Source of the DNA: an uncultured Actinomycetes bacterium
GTDB taxonomy: Bacteria > Actinomycetota > Acidimicrobiia > IMCC26256 > PALSA-610
Reading direction: 5' to 3'
NCBI GenBank assembly: GCA_963782465.1
Contig: CAWAJR010000002.1
Location: 165,995 to 229,994 of the forward strand
Length of the DNA stretch: 64,000 nt
The first letter of the stretch is position 1; each line of letters begins with the position of its first letter. Below, in pieces: positions 1 through 13,054 of the stretch. A program made the translations under genes and the position numbers. Under the pieces are notes generated by a model, which was not told where the DNA came from, did not search any database, and saw only the letters and a program-made list of their open reading frames with translations.

Positions 1-252
1 CTCACTCAACTCGGCGACGTCGGTGAGGACCGTCACCCGGTTGTTCGACACTTCGACGAACCCGCCGTGCACCGCGGCGATCAGTTCACCGTCGGGCTGC
101 AGGATCCGCACCGGCCAGATCGCGAGCGCGCCGAGGAACGCCGAATGGTTCGGGAGGAACGCGATGTCGCCACCTCCCGCAGTCCGGGCGATCACCATGT
201 CGGCTTCGCCCGTGTAGAGCACCTGCTCGGGCGAGACCAACTCGACTTGCAT
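1..252 (-). CDS. atpC: F0F1 ATP synthase epsilon subunit; gene runs off the window start
   Basis: Reverse translation from the ATG at 252..250 gives MQVELVSPEQVLYTGEADMVIART..., a typical epsilon N-terminus. It lies directly downstream of atpD. Absent from the ORF track because it is truncated. Confidence 0.85.
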   Translation of the reverse strand, partial: MQVELVSPEQVLYTGEADMVIARTAGGGDIAFLPNHSAFLGALAIWPVRILQPDGELIAAVHGGFVEVSNNRVTVLTDVAELSE

Positions 253-334
253 CGGCACCATCTTCTCCTTCCCTCGCGGCGCTCGGCTTCTTCTCCGCTC
301 TCTCGCGCCTGCGGCGCAGGGGCCGCTCGGCTCG

Positions 335-2720
<2,386 letters not shown>

Positions 2721-2721
2721 T

Positions 2722-3057
2722 AGGTCTCGCTCGTTCGGTCGGCGCACGGCCCAGAAGGCCGCACCCCTCCGTCACTCGCTGGGCGAGCTCGCTCGCTGCG
2801 CTCGCTCACCGCACAGGTCTCGCTCGTTCGGTCGGCGCACGGCCCAGAAGGCCGCACCCCTCCGTCACTCGCTGGGCGAGCTCGCTCGCTGCGCTCGCTC
2901 ACCGCACAGGTCTCGCTCGTTCGGTCGGCGCACGGCCCAGAAGGCCGCACCCCTCCGTCACTCGCTGGGCGAGCTCGCTCGCTGCGCTCGCTCACCGCAC
3001 AGGTCTCGCTCGTTCGGTCGGCGCACGGCCCAGAAGGCCGCACCCCTCCGTCACTCA
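2722..3057. repeat. Tandem direct repeat with a 93-bp unit: three identical full copies (2722, 2815, 2908) plus a 56-nt partial copy from 3001
   Basis: The unit aggtctcgctcgttcggtcggcgcacggcccagaaggccgcacccctccgtcactcgctgggcgagctcgctcgctgcgctcgctcaccgcac was read directly and is identical in copies 1-3. It fills the whole atpA-stop to atpG-start spacer. Confidence 0.95.
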
Positions 3058-3086
3058 GGCGAGGGAACGTCGTCATCACCGTGCCG

Positions 3087-4703
3087 TCACTCCGCCATGT
3101 CCTCGGTGGCGAGGGTCTTGGACGACTCGGGCGCGCCGACCTTTTCCGCCGCGCCCGGAGTCGTCGGCGCCGAGGCCGCGGCCGCGGCCGACCGAGCCAC
3201 GAAGCCGGCCTTGAACTCGGCCACCGCGTCCTTGAGGATCCCTTCCTCGGGCAGGTCGCCACTCGTCCGGATGATCTCCAACAGCCCCGCATGGCGCGTG
3301 CGGAAGAACTCGAGCAACTCGGTCTCGAACTTCTTGATGTCGCCGACCTCGAGGTCGTCGAGCACACCCGAGGTCCCCGCGTAGATCGCGATCACCTGTT
3401 CGTCGACCGGCATCGGCGCGTTCAGCGGCTGCTTCAGCAACTCCGTCAGGCGGTAGCCGCGGTCGAGCTGCGCGCGCGACACCGCGTCGAGTTCAGAGCC
3501 GAACGTCGCGAACGCTTCGAGCTCGCGGAACTGCGCGAGGTCGAGTTTCAACGTACCGGCGACCTTCTTCATCGCCTTGATCTGCGCGGCACCGCCGACG
3601 CGCGACACCGAGATACCGACGTCGACGGCCGGGCGGACACCCGACTTGAACAAGTCGTCGACCAGGTAGATCTGACCATCGGTGATCGAGATCACGTTCG
3701 TCGGGATGTACGCCGACACGTCGCCGGCCTTGGTCTCGATCACCGGCAGCGCCGTCATCGAGCCGGCGCCGAGCGCGTCGCTCAGCTTCGCGGCCCGCTC
3801 GAGCAGGCGGCTGTGAAGGTAGAAGACATCGCCCGGGTAGGCCTCACGGCCCGGCGGGCGACGCAACAACAACGACAGCTGGCGGTACGCCTCGGCCTGC
3901 TTCGACAGGTCGTCGTAGACGACAAGGGCGTGCTCGCCGTGGTCCATCCAGTGCTGGCCGATGGCGCAACCACCGAACGGGGCCAGGTACTTGAACACCG
4001 CCGAAACGGAAGCCGGCGCGCTCACGACCACCGTGTACTCCATCGCGCCGTGCGACTCGAGCGTCGCAACCGTCTGCGCGACGGTCGAACCCTTCTGGCC
4101 GATCGCGACGTAGATGCACTTCACGCCCTGGCCGCGCTGGTTCAGGATCGTGTCGATCGCAACGGTGGTCTTGCCGGTCTTGCGGTCGCCGATAATGAGC
4201 TCGCGCTGGCCGCGACCGATCGGCGTCATCGCGTCGATGGCCTTGATACCGGTCTGCAACGGCTCGTGCACCGGCTTTCGACCCGTGATCCCGGGCGCCT
4301 GCACCTCGAGACGGCGATCTTCGGTCGAAGCGATCGGTCCTTTGCCGTCGATCGGGTTTCCGAGCGCGTCGACCACCCGGCCGATCAGCGCGTCGCCGAC
4401 CGGGATCGACAGGATCCGGCCCGTCGCCCGCACCGAGTGGCCGGCCTCGATGTCTTCGGCGTCACCGAGGATCACGGCACCGATCGTGGTCTCGTCGAGG
4501 TTCAACGCCAGGCCGAGCTTGCCGCCCTCGAACTCGAGGAGCTCGTTCACCGACGTCTCGGGCAGTCCGGCCACCGTCGCGATGCCGTCACCGACTTCGA
4601 GGACGGTGCCGACCTGGCCCTGCGTCAGGTGCGGCGAGAACGTGCCGACGTGCGCCCGCAGCGCCGCCGCGATCTCATCGCTGTTAATCGTCAGCTCAGC
4701 CAC
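3087..4703 (-). CDS. atpA: F0F1 ATP synthase alpha subunit
   Basis: ORF of 538 aa with Walker A GDRKTGKT and full-length alpha similarity. GTG start at 4703. It has a short Ala/Pro-rich C-terminal tail. Confidence 0.97.
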   Translation of the reverse strand: MAELTINSDEIAAALRAHVGTFSPHLTQGQVGTVLEVGDGIATVAGLPETSVNELLEFEGGKLGLALNLDETTIGAVILGDAEDIEAGHSVRATGRILSIPVGDALIGRVVDALGNPIDGKGPIASTEDRRLEVQAPGITGRKPVHEPLQTGIKAIDAMTPIGRGQRELIIGDRKTGKTTVAIDTILNQRGQGVKCIYVAIGQKGSTVAQTVATLESHGAMEYTVVVSAPASVSAVFKYLAPFGGCAIGQHWMDHGEHALVVYDDLSKQAEAYRQLSLLLRRPPGREAYPGDVFYLHSRLLERAAKLSDALGAGSMTALPVIETKAGDVSAYIPTNVISITDGQIYLVDDLFKSGVRPAVDVGISVSRVGGAAQIKAMKKVAGTLKLDLAQFRELEAFATFGSELDAVSRAQLDRGYRLTELLKQPLNAPMPVDEQVIAIYAGTSGVLDDLEVGDIKKFETELLEFFRTRHAGLLEIIRTSGDLPEEGILKDAVAEFKAGFVARSAAAAASAPTTPGAAEKVGAPESSKTLATEDMAE

Positions 4704-4755
4704 AACGTCTCCCGCTCTGTAGGGCCGCTCGGGCCACGGCTCGCAGAAGCTCGCC

Positions 4756-5286
4756 TCACAGCTGCTCCTTCATCTGATCGATGCGGGTGCGCACGGTGCC
4801 GTCAATGACCGTGTCACCGATCCGGGCGAGGACCCCACCGAGCACCGTCGGGTCGACGATGACCTTGACCTCCACCTGCTTACCGGTCGCCTTCCCCAAC
4901 GCTTCGGCGAGGCGGCGCCGCTGCGGCTCGTTGAGCGCGACCGCGGTGCGAACCTCGGCGACCTCGTGCTGGCGTTCGCTCGCCGAGAGCGACACGAACC
5001 GCTCGACGATCTTCGGCAGCTCCGAAGCCCGGCCCACCGACACCACGAACGACACCAGCGACTTCGTCACCGGGAGCGCCTTACCCTCGAGGAGTTCCTC
5101 GATGATCGCCTGGCGGCGTTCGGCCGGCAGCTGCGGGTCGGTCAACGCCATCCGCAGGTCGTCGTTGCCTTCGAGGATGCGCGCGAAACGGAAGAGCTCG
5201 TCTTCCACCTCGGGGAGGTTCCCCTCCGCCTCGGCGACCGTGAACAGCGCGTGCGCGTATGCGTCGGCCCGCTCAGCTCCGCTCAT
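4756..5286 (-). CDS. atpH: F0F1 ATP synthase delta (OSCP) subunit
   Basis: ORF of 176 aa with an OSCP-like sequence (...[28 protein letters not shown]...) in the expected operon position. Confidence 0.9.
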   Translation of the reverse strand: MSGAERADAYAHALFTVAEAEGNLPEVEDELFRFARILEGNDDLRMALTDPQLPAERRQAIIEELLEGKALPVTKSLVSFVVSVGRASELPKIVERFVSLSASERQHEVAEVRTAVALNEPQRRRLAEALGKATGKQVEVKVIVDPTVLGGVLARIGDTVIDGTVRTRIDQMKEQL

Positions 5287-5957
5287 CGATTGGTCCCTAC
5301 CTCGTTGATGTAGTTCTCGATGAGCTGCAGTTGCGTGTCCTGGTCGAGGTTGTGCTCGACGATCTTCTCGGCCAGTTCGATCGACAGCTCCGACACCCGG
5401 GTGCGCAAGTCGGCCATCGCCCGCTCACCGGCGAGGCGGATGTCTTCCTGCGCCCGGCCGCGCAGGTCGGCCGCGTCGGCCTCGGCGCGCGCGATGAGGT
5501 CGCGGCGCATCTGGTCGGCCGCTTGACGCGCTTCTTCGATGATGCGCGAAGCCTCGTTGCGGGCATCAGCGAGTTGGCCGCGGTACTGCTCGAGTACCTC
5601 CTCCGACTCGCCCTTGGCCGCTTCGGCCCGCTCGAGGTCGCTGCGGATGCGGTCTTCGCGCGCTTCCATCATGTTCTTCACCGGCGGGAGCGCGAACTTC
5701 CACATCACAACGAGCAGGATCACGAACGCGATCGAACCCCAGATGATCTCGTTCCATGCGGGGATGATCGGGCTCGGCGACTTCTGGCAGTCGTCGATGG
5801 TGCCACCCGCCTCGAGCTTCTCTATGCACTGCTTCGCGGCTTCGTTCGCCGGTTTGACAGTGGTTGCCGTCGTGTCCTGCGCAACCGCGATACCCGTCGT
5901 TGCGAACAACGCGACGACTGCGATGGCAAAACCGGCAAGCAACTGGCGCTTGCGCAC
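5283..5957 (-). CDS. atpF: F0F1 ATP synthase b subunit with an extra N-terminal hydrophobic segment and Cys-containing loop
   Basis: ORF of 224 aa. The C-terminal 150 aa form a b-type TM helix plus charged coiled coil. A GTG start at 5957 is preceded by GGAGATAAAGGAG. Its stop overlaps the atpH start (ATGA). Confidence 0.88.
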   Translation of the reverse strand: MRKRQLLAGFAIAVVALFATTGIAVAQDTTATTVKPANEAAKQCIEKLEAGGTIDDCQKSPSPIIPAWNEIIWGSIAFVILLVVMWKFALPPVKNMMEAREDRIRSDLERAEAAKGESEEVLEQYRGQLADARNEASRIIEEARQAADQMRRDLIARAEADAADLRGRAQEDIRLAGERAMADLRTRVSELSIELAEKIVEHNLDQDTQLQLIENYINEVGTNR

Positions 5958-5996
5958 GCTGTCTCCTTTATCTCCGTGGAGCTTCTGGTCGTGGCG

Positions 5997-7025
<1,029 letters not shown>

Positions 7026-7029
<4 letters not shown>

Positions 7030-7460
7030 CGGTCCTCTCTCGAGAGCGCGTGGGCACCGGGCTTCAGGCCGGGAGCCGCGAGCGAGATGCTGAGGTGCTT
7101 CGTCTCCCAGAGCAGCAACGCGAGGTGCGTGCCCACCAACGAGAAGCCGAGCACCTTGAGGTCGATCCACGACTGGTCCTTGAGCAGGAACAGTGCGAGG
7201 AAGATTGCGGCCAAACGGAAGATGTAGCTCACGACCGACGCACCGCCGACCGCCTGGGGCGACACGTTCGCCGCCCAGCCGACCGCCCACGCCGAGATGA
7301 GGAAGTTCCCGGCGACGATGACGACGGCGATCGCGACGCTGATCGCGCCGTTGACCCCGGCGACCAGCGCGCCGGCGCCGACCGCGATCGGTGCGACATA
7401 GGCGCTGCGACGAACGAGATCGAACGCGATTTCGCGTTCTACTGCCGGGATCGGGTCCAC
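7026..7460 (-). CDS. atpI: ATP synthase protein I-like membrane protein
   Basis: ORF of 144 aa with four predicted TM helices. It sits immediately upstream of atpB and overlaps its start (ATGA), the usual atpI position. Confidence 0.7.
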
Positions 7461-7696
7461 GGCTTGCCCTCCTCTTCTCGTGCCATCGCTTCCCGGTAGC
7501 CGTAGTACATGCGGATCACGACCCCGATGAGTGCGAAGACGGCCAGACCCAGGGTGAACAGAGGGCGGGTGCCGGCGAGGCGGTCGATCACGTAGCCGAC
7601 CAGCGCGAAGACGAGCGGCGTGACGACGATCTCGACGGCTTGCGAGAGCGCGTTCCCGAACCCGTTGTAGGTCGCTTGGCGATCACGGAGATCCAC
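7439..7696 (-). CDS. AtpZ/ATPase_gene1-like small membrane protein
   Basis: GFGNALSQAVEIVVTPLVFALVGYVIDRLAGTRPLFTLGLAVFALIGVV matches the two-TM AtpZ pattern. The track ORF starts at a TTG at 7771, but that codon overlaps a good -10 box, so the GTG at 7696 is preferred. The start is uncertain. Confidence 0.6.
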   Translation of the reverse strand: MDLRDRQATYNGFGNALSQAVEIVVTPLVFALVGYVIDRLAGTRPLFTLGLAVFALIGVVIRMYYGYREAMAREEEGKPWTRSRQ

Positions 7697-7769
7697 TGGG
7701 GCACCAACCAGCAATTTCCGGTCCCACGGCGCGCGGGCGTCGCGGGAACGGGCTTGTGAACGGATTCGC

Positions 7770-7799
7770 AATCTATGGGTGTGGGTCTGGCGGAGTCAA
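7770..7799 (-). promoter_or_regulatory. Candidate housekeeping-sigma promoter of the atp operon
   Basis: The minus strand reads TTGACT (7799..7794), an 18-nt spacer, then TAGATT (7775..7770). It sits in the only AT-richer stretch between wecA and the atp genes. Confidence 0.45.
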
Positions 7800-7862
7800 A
7801 CCGAACGTGAAAAAACCATGAAAAGCGCACGCTCCACGGTCACAGTTCGGTGAGAGGTTGCG

Positions 7863-9077
7863 TCAGGCCCGGCGACGCCGGGCGGCTTCGGCCTCGAAGT
7901 CCACCACATCGGCGGCGCCGTCGGCGAGGTGGGGAGCCGATTCGGCCGGCGGCCGGGGCCGCGACCGTTCCAAGCGGGCCGAGCGCACCCCCGGGTGGAA
8001 CAGGATGTAGAGCATCAGCGCCAGGCCCCCGATCGCGAACGGCACGAGCGCGTTCCCGGAATCGGTGTAGGTCGGCCACAGCGCCACCGCCGACAGCAGC
8101 GCGGTCCAGGCCCAGAGGATCACCACCGCGCGCCGGGGGCCGTGGCCGAGGCGCACGAGGCGGTGGTGCAAATGGCCGGCATCGGCCGACGACCAGCGCT
8201 GGCGCGACAGGACGCGCCGCAGGAACGAGAACACGACGTCGGCCATCGGCACCCCGAGGATCACGATCGGGATGACGAGGGGTGCGAAGAAGAAGTACGT
8301 GTTGCCCGAGTACTGGACGTCGGTACGACCGCCCACCGTGATCGTAGGGACGGCCAGTAACAGGCCGAGGAAGAGCGCGCCCGCGTCTCCCATGATGATG
8401 CGCGCCGGGTTGAAGTTGTACGGCAGGAAACCGAGGCACACACCCACGGCGACGACACACACGAGCGGGCCGATGTTGGAACCCTCGAGGTAGCCGCTGT
8501 GGAACAGGCGATCGGCGAAGAGGAACAGCGCCGTGCCGCCGATTGCGACGATCCCCGCCGCCAGGCCGTCGAGCCCGTCGATGAGGTTGATGGCGTTGGT
8601 CATCAACACGACCCACAACACGGTGATGAGCGGTGCGTACCCGGCGCCGGGGACCCAGACGTCGGTGCCGAACAGATTGAACGGCACCTGGACGTGGAAC
8701 ATCGTGACACCGTTGAGCGCGAGAAGGCTGGCCGCGAACACCTCACCCGCGACCTTCGCCGGTGGCGAGACGTCACGTAAGTCGTCGAGCGCGCCGACGA
8801 TGAACATCACACCCGCCGCCAGCACGACACCGAACGGTTCCGAGTTCTTCTGGAACACCTCGTGGAACTGCGGCAGGTGCGACGCGACCGCGAACGCGAC
8901 GAGAAAACCCAGCAACATCGCCGCGCCGCCGAGGGTCGGCATCGGCTTCGTGTGCACGTGCCGCGCGTCGCGCGGTTCGACCACCGCGCCGAAGCGGATG
9001 ACGAAGAACCGGACGACGGGTGTCGCAACGAGCGTGACGCCCATCGCGATCGCCATGACGACCGCGTACCCGCCCAC
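7863..9077 (-). CDS. wecA: Undecaprenyl-phosphate GlcNAc-1-phosphate transferase (MraY/WecA family, GT4 polyprenyl-P transferase)
   Basis: An 11-TM-type protein with NAINLIDGLDGLAAG and IMGDAGALFLG motifs. It occupies the rfe position directly upstream of the atp operon, as in mycobacteria. Confidence 0.88.
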   Translation of the reverse strand: MGGYAVVMAIAMGVTLVATPVVRFFVIRFGAVVEPRDARHVHTKPMPTLGGAAMLLGFLVAFAVASHLPQFHEVFQKNSEPFGVVLAAGVMFIVGALDDLRDVSPPAKVAGEVFAASLLALNGVTMFHVQVPFNLFGTDVWVPGAGYAPLITVLWVVLMTNAINLIDGLDGLAAGIVAIGGTALFLFADRLFHSGYLEGSNIGPLVCVVAVGVCLGFLPYNFNPARIIMGDAGALFLGLLLAVPTITVGGRTDVQYSGNTYFFFAPLVIPIVILGVPMADVVFSFLRRVLSRQRWSSADAGHLHHRLVRLGHGPRRAVVILWAWTALLSAVALWPTYTDSGNALVPFAIGGLALMLYILFHPGVRSARLERSRPRPPAESAPHLADGAADVVDFEAEAARRRRA

Positions 9078-9079
9078 TC

Positions 9080-9151
9080 CTATGCTCGCTCGCTCGTGTC
9101 GTCGCGGGCGCTCGCTTGCCGGCGAGTTCGCTCGCTCCGCTCGCTCACCGC
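9080..9151. repeat. Solo, diverged copy of the GCTCGCTC-rich element seen in the atpA-atpG tandem repeat
   Basis: 9121..9151 (ggcgagttcgctcgctccgctcgctcaccgc) matches the unit core ggcgagctcgctcgctgcgctcgctcaccgc at 29 of 31 positions. The left part resembles the unit 5' end. The element abuts the glyA stop codon. Confidence 0.7.
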
Positions 9152-10401
9152 TACGTGCTCGGGTTCGGGTAAGGGGTGAACTTGCTGCACAAGCGGGCCG
9201 CCTGGTCGCGGACTTCGGTGGCGATGCGCTCGTCGTCGACGGCGCGCAACACCCGGCCGATCATCGCCGCGATCTCGGTCATTTGGTCCGTGCCCATACC
9301 GGCCGTGGTGACCGCCGCGGTTCCCAACCGCAGACCGCTCGTGACGAACGGCTTCTCCGGGTCGTTCGGGATCGCGTTCTTGTTGCAGGTCACTCCGGCC
9401 CGGTCGAGCGCCTCCTGCGCGACCTTGCCGGTCACCGAGAACGGGCGCAGGTCGACGAGCATCAGGTGGTTGTCGGTGCCACCCGACACGATGCGAAATC
9501 CTTCGTCGGCCAGCGCCGCGGCCAGCGCCCGGGCGTTGGTGACGATCTCGGCCGAGTACGTCGCGAAACCGGGCTGGGCGGCTTCGTGGAACGCGACCGC
9601 CTTCGCGGCGATCACGTGCATGAGCGGGCCGCCCTGCAAACCAGGGAACAGCGCCTTGTCGATCGCCGCCGCGAACTCGTCGCGGCACAGGATCGTCCCG
9701 GCGCGAGGACCGCGCAGCGTCTTGTGCGTCGTGAAAGTGACGACGTCGGCGTAGGGCACGGGCGACGGGTGCGCCCCGCCGGCGATCAGGCCCGCGATGT
9801 GCGCGGCGTCGACGAGCAGCATGGCGCCGGCGTCGTCGGCGATCGACCGGAACGCCGCGAAGTCGATGGTGCGCGGGTACGCCGTTGCGCCGGCGATGAT
9901 CAACTTCGGGCGCTCGCGCAACGCGACATCGCGAATCTCGTCGTAGTCGAGCACTTCACGTTCGGCATCGACTCCGTACGCGACGAAGTCGTACAGACGG
10001 CCGCTGAAGTTCACCGGCGAACCGTGGGTGAGATGGCCGCCCTGGTCGAGCCGCATCCCCATCACCTTGTCGCCCGGATCGAGGAGCGCGAGGTACGCGG
10101 CCATGTTGGCGTTGGCGCCGGAGTGCGGCTGCACGTTCGCGTGGTCGGCACCGAAGAGCTCACAGGCGCGGTCGCGCGCGAGGTCTTCGATCTCGTCGAC
10201 GACGTAGTTGCCGCCGTAGTAGCGCTTGTGCGGGTAACCCTCCGAGTACTTGTTGGTGAGGACCGAACCCTGGGCCTCGAGCACTGCCCTCGAAGTGAAG
10301 TTCTCGGACGCGATCAGCTGCACCGTCGTGTTCTGGCGTTCGAGCTCGCGCCCGATGATGCCGGCGACGACGGGATCCGTGGACTCGAGCGGCGTGGTCA
10401 T
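9151..10401 (-). CDS. glyA: Serine hydroxymethyltransferase
   Basis: Motifs [21 protein letters not shown] and [10 protein letters not shown] are present. The ATG at 10401 (MTTPLEST...) overlaps the rpiB stop. Confidence 0.96.
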   Translation of the reverse strand: MTTPLESTDPVVAGIIGRELERQNTTVQLIASENFTSRAVLEAQGSVLTNKYSEGYPHKRYYGGNYVVDEIEDLARDRACELFGADHANVQPHSGANANMAAYLALLDPGDKVMGMRLDQGGHLTHGSPVNFSGRLYDFVAYGVDAEREVLDYDEIRDVALRERPKLIIAGATAYPRTIDFAAFRSIADDAGAMLLVDAAHIAGLIAGGAHPSPVPYADVVTFTTHKTLRGPRAGTILCRDEFAAAIDKALFPGLQGGPLMHVIAAKAVAFHEAAQPGFATYSAEIVTNARALAAALADEGFRIVSGGTDNHLMLVDLRPFSVTGKVAQEALDRAGVTCNKNAIPNDPEKPFVTSGLRLGTAAVTTAGMGTDQMTEIAAMIGRVLRAVDDERIATEVRDQAARLCSKFTPYPNPST

Positions 10402-10850
10402 GCTTGGTCTTCCTCTCGCTCGATCTCGGCGATCTGGTCGAGGCGGTGCTGATGGCGCCCGCCTTCGAAGGACGTTCCCATGAAAACTCGCAGGATCTCT
10501 TCCGCGAGCTGCGGTGCGACGATGCGCGCTCCGATCGAGAGCACGTTGGCATTGTTGTGTGCCCGGCCCATGCGAGCCGTGTACAGATCGTTGCACAGCG
10601 CCGCGCGCACCCCGTGAACCTTGTTCGCCGCGATCTGCTCGCCCTGGCCGCTGCCGCCGAGCACGACGCCCATCTCGGCCTGCCCGCCGACCACCGACCG
10701 GCCGACCGCCGCGCAAAAGGGCGGGTAATCGGCCGGTTCCGTGGAATTGGTCCCCAGGTCGAGCACGTCGTGACCGTCGCGCTCGAGCACGTCCACCAGG
10801 TACTGCTTGAGGGGGAAGCCCGCGTGGTCACCGCCGATCGAGATCCGCAC
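10398..10850 (-). CDS. rpiB: Ribose-5-phosphate isomerase B
   Basis: ORF of 150 aa, [15 protein letters not shown]...[25 protein letters not shown]..., typical of the RpiB/LacAB family. Confidence 0.92.
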   Translation of the reverse strand: MRISIGGDHAGFPLKQYLVDVLERDGHDVLDLGTNSTEPADYPPFCAAVGRSVVGGQAEMGVVLGGSGQGEQIAANKVHGVRAALCNDLYTARMGRAHNNANVLSIGARIVAPQLAEEILRVFMGTSFEGGRHQHRLDQIAEIEREEDQA

Positions 10851-10904
10851 GCCGCCACGGTAGTTGCGCCGAAGCGGCCGTTCCCGCTCGATGCCGGTCG
10901 GCCG

Positions 10905-11960
10905 TCAGTCGTCGGGCGGAGACCGGTGCTCGCGCACCTCGCGCAGGATGCTGGTACCGAGGTGGAAGAGTTCCTCGAAGTAGCGCTTGGCCTGGAGGGT
11001 GAGGATCCCGAGGAACAGCATCAGCGCGGAGACGATCAGTGCGACGATCCCCGCGACATGCCAATCGTGGAGCGAACCGTTCGCGCCACCGTTCCCGAAC
11101 GCCGACGCAATCGAAGCGATCCCGAACAGGCCCAGGAGGACGCCCGGCACGATGAAGAACATGAACGGCCGGAAGATGAACGCCGAGAGCAGCGAGCGGA
11201 TCGTGCTGCTGGCCAGTCGCATCGTCGAGCGCCGCGGCAAGCCGCGCATCGCGGTCCAGTCGAGGTGCGCGGGGATCTCGACGACGTGCGCCCGTAACAG
11301 CTGCGCCTTGTAGAGGATCTCGGTGTTCACCTCGCTTCCCATCGCCTTGAGGTTCAACGCGCTCACGAACCGGCGGTCGTAGGCGCGGACCATTCCCGTG
11401 AGGGTGTGAAGCCGGCCGCTCGCGGTGAGCGACAACACCCGGTTCGCGGTGCGGCTCGCGAGGTTGCGTAGCCAGGGCACGCCAGTGCTGCGACCACCGG
11501 GCATGTACGGCGATGCGATCACGATGCGCGCGTGCGTCGTGACGATGGTGTCGAGCAGGCGGCCGATGTGCTCGGGGCCGTAGGTGAGGTCGCAGTCGAT
11601 GACGACCAGATAGTCGGAGGTGCAGTTGTTGAACGCGGTGCGCAACGCCTGACCGAGCGAGAAGTTGACGCGGTGGCGCAGCACCCGCACGTTCGCGTGC
11701 GTCGCGGCAAACGTGTCGGCGAGTTTGCCGGTCTCGTCGGTGCTGCCGTCGTCGACGACGACGATCTCCCACGCGAACCGATCAGACAGGCCCTGCATGT
11801 ACTCGTGCAGGGCGCGCATCGTGTTGTCGATGACGATCGCCTCGTTGAACGCGGGGACGATCACCGATACCGAGGGAAGGGTCTCGGCCGACACGGGAGC
11901 AGCCTCGGCGGGCGCCGTGCGTATCGGGACCGCGACCTCCGCGGTGCCGGTTTCGCTCAC
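10905..11960 (-). CDS. GT2 polyprenyl-phosphate glycosyltransferase (ArnC/GtrB/PpgS-like) with two C-terminal TM helices
   Basis: VSVIVPAFNE...VVVDDGSTDET...VVIDCDL defines a GT2 fold, followed by the C-terminal hydrophobic pair FIFRPFMFFIVPGVLLGLF / IVALIVSALMLFLGILTL. The GTG at 11960 overlaps the upstream stop (GTGA). Confidence 0.8.
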   Translation of the reverse strand: MSETGTAEVAVPIRTAPAEAAPVSAETLPSVSVIVPAFNEAIVIDNTMRALHEYMQGLSDRFAWEIVVVDDGSTDETGKLADTFAATHANVRVLRHRVNFSLGQALRTAFNNCTSDYLVVIDCDLTYGPEHIGRLLDTIVTTHARIVIASPYMPGGRSTGVPWLRNLASRTANRVLSLTASGRLHTLTGMVRAYDRRFVSALNLKAMGSEVNTEILYKAQLLRAHVVEIPAHLDWTAMRGLPRRSTMRLASSTIRSLLSAFIFRPFMFFIVPGVLLGLFGIASIASAFGNGGANGSLHDWHVAGIVALIVSALMLFLGILTLQAKRYFEELFHLGTSILREVREHRSPPDD

Positions 11961-12949
11961 CGGTTCCTCCGCGGCACGGCCGGCCGGGGACGGAAGGCAC
12001 CGGGCTCCACCGTCGGCAACGACGGGCGCGCTTTGATCGCTGCTGCATGCCCACCAAGCGTCGCGACCTCGAATTGGTCGGTGTACATCTCGATGAAGGC
12101 AGCCGTCATCGCAGTCTTTTCTTGCCCCTGCATTGCCATCCCCGGGAAGAAGGCGAGCGACCCCACGTCGTCGCCACCCAGGAAGTCGAGCGGATGGAGC
12201 AACAACGATGGCTCGACCTTCGCCATCTTGCACAACTCGAGCGCGGTACGAAAGTAGGCCTTCGCCAGACGCATTGACCGGCCGGCGAGCGCGAGCAGGT
12301 AACTGACGTGCATCGGCACCCGCGCGCCGGGCAGCACGGTCACCGGGATTTCGACCAGCCCGTCGCCGATCGCCCACTGGTAGGCGCGCAACGGCCGTAA
12401 CGCCTCGGAGGCGTGCCCGAACAGGTCGGCGCGATCTGCTCGCTGCTCGGCGTCGAGTTTCGTCGAGCGGAAATAGACCATCCGCGCGAGCGGGCCGATG
12501 ACGGTCGGGAGTGTCGAGCAGTCGTAGCGGTACCCGCGTTCGACGAGGGTCTCGAGCACGGCGGGCGAGAGGCTGTAGCCCGGTCCCCGAAACCCCACGG
12601 GGTGAAAGCCCGTCGCGGACTCGATCGCCTCTTCGGCCTTGGTCAGCTCGTCGCGGACCTCGGTGTCGGGGTACTTGTGCAGCCACGGTTCGTGGCGGAA
12701 GGAGTGGTTCCCGATCTCGTGCCCCGCAGCCGAGAGCGACGCGAGCGCTGCGTGGTTGCGGTCGAGCGCCGCGTCCTGGCCGACGACGAAGAACGTGATC
12801 GTGATGCCGCGATCGCCGAGCACCTCGAGCACCCGGGGTACCACCACGTCGAGATACGACGGCAATTCGTGCCACGCCGCGTCACCGTGCGTCTTGAGGT
12901 ACGACCATTCGTTGTCGAGATCGAGCGACAGGCTCGCGAGCGGCTTCAT
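11957..12949 (-). CDS. Polysaccharide deacetylase family protein (NodB/ArnD-like)
   Basis: ORF of 330 aa with DLDNEW...ITITFFVVGQDA...GHEIGNHSFRH metal-binding-type motifs. Confidence 0.8.
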   Translation of the reverse strand: MKPLASLSLDLDNEWSYLKTHGDAAWHELPSYLDVVVPRVLEVLGDRGITITFFVVGQDAALDRNHAALASLSAAGHEIGNHSFRHEPWLHKYPDTEVRDELTKAEEAIESATGFHPVGFRGPGYSLSPAVLETLVERGYRYDCSTLPTVIGPLARMVYFRSTKLDAEQRADRADLFGHASEALRPLRAYQWAIGDGLVEIPVTVLPGARVPMHVSYLLALAGRSMRLAKAYFRTALELCKMAKVEPSLLLHPLDFLGGDDVGSLAFFPGMAMQGQEKTAMTAAFIEMYTDQFEVATLGGHAAAIKARPSLPTVEPGAFRPRPAVPRRNR

Positions 12950-13054
12950 CAGTTGCGGTCCTCGGGGTCCGGATCTGATCGGCAGCCGGACCGGGTCTCG
13001 AAGGCTGGGTCGAGCACCCAGTGTGCCGCGCGTGCACCTGCCGGGCCGGTGTTC

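Noticed and set aside
2722-3057. The repeats could be a CRISPR array.
   Set aside because: The units are directly adjacent with no unique spacers, the 93-bp unit is too long, and there are no cas genes.
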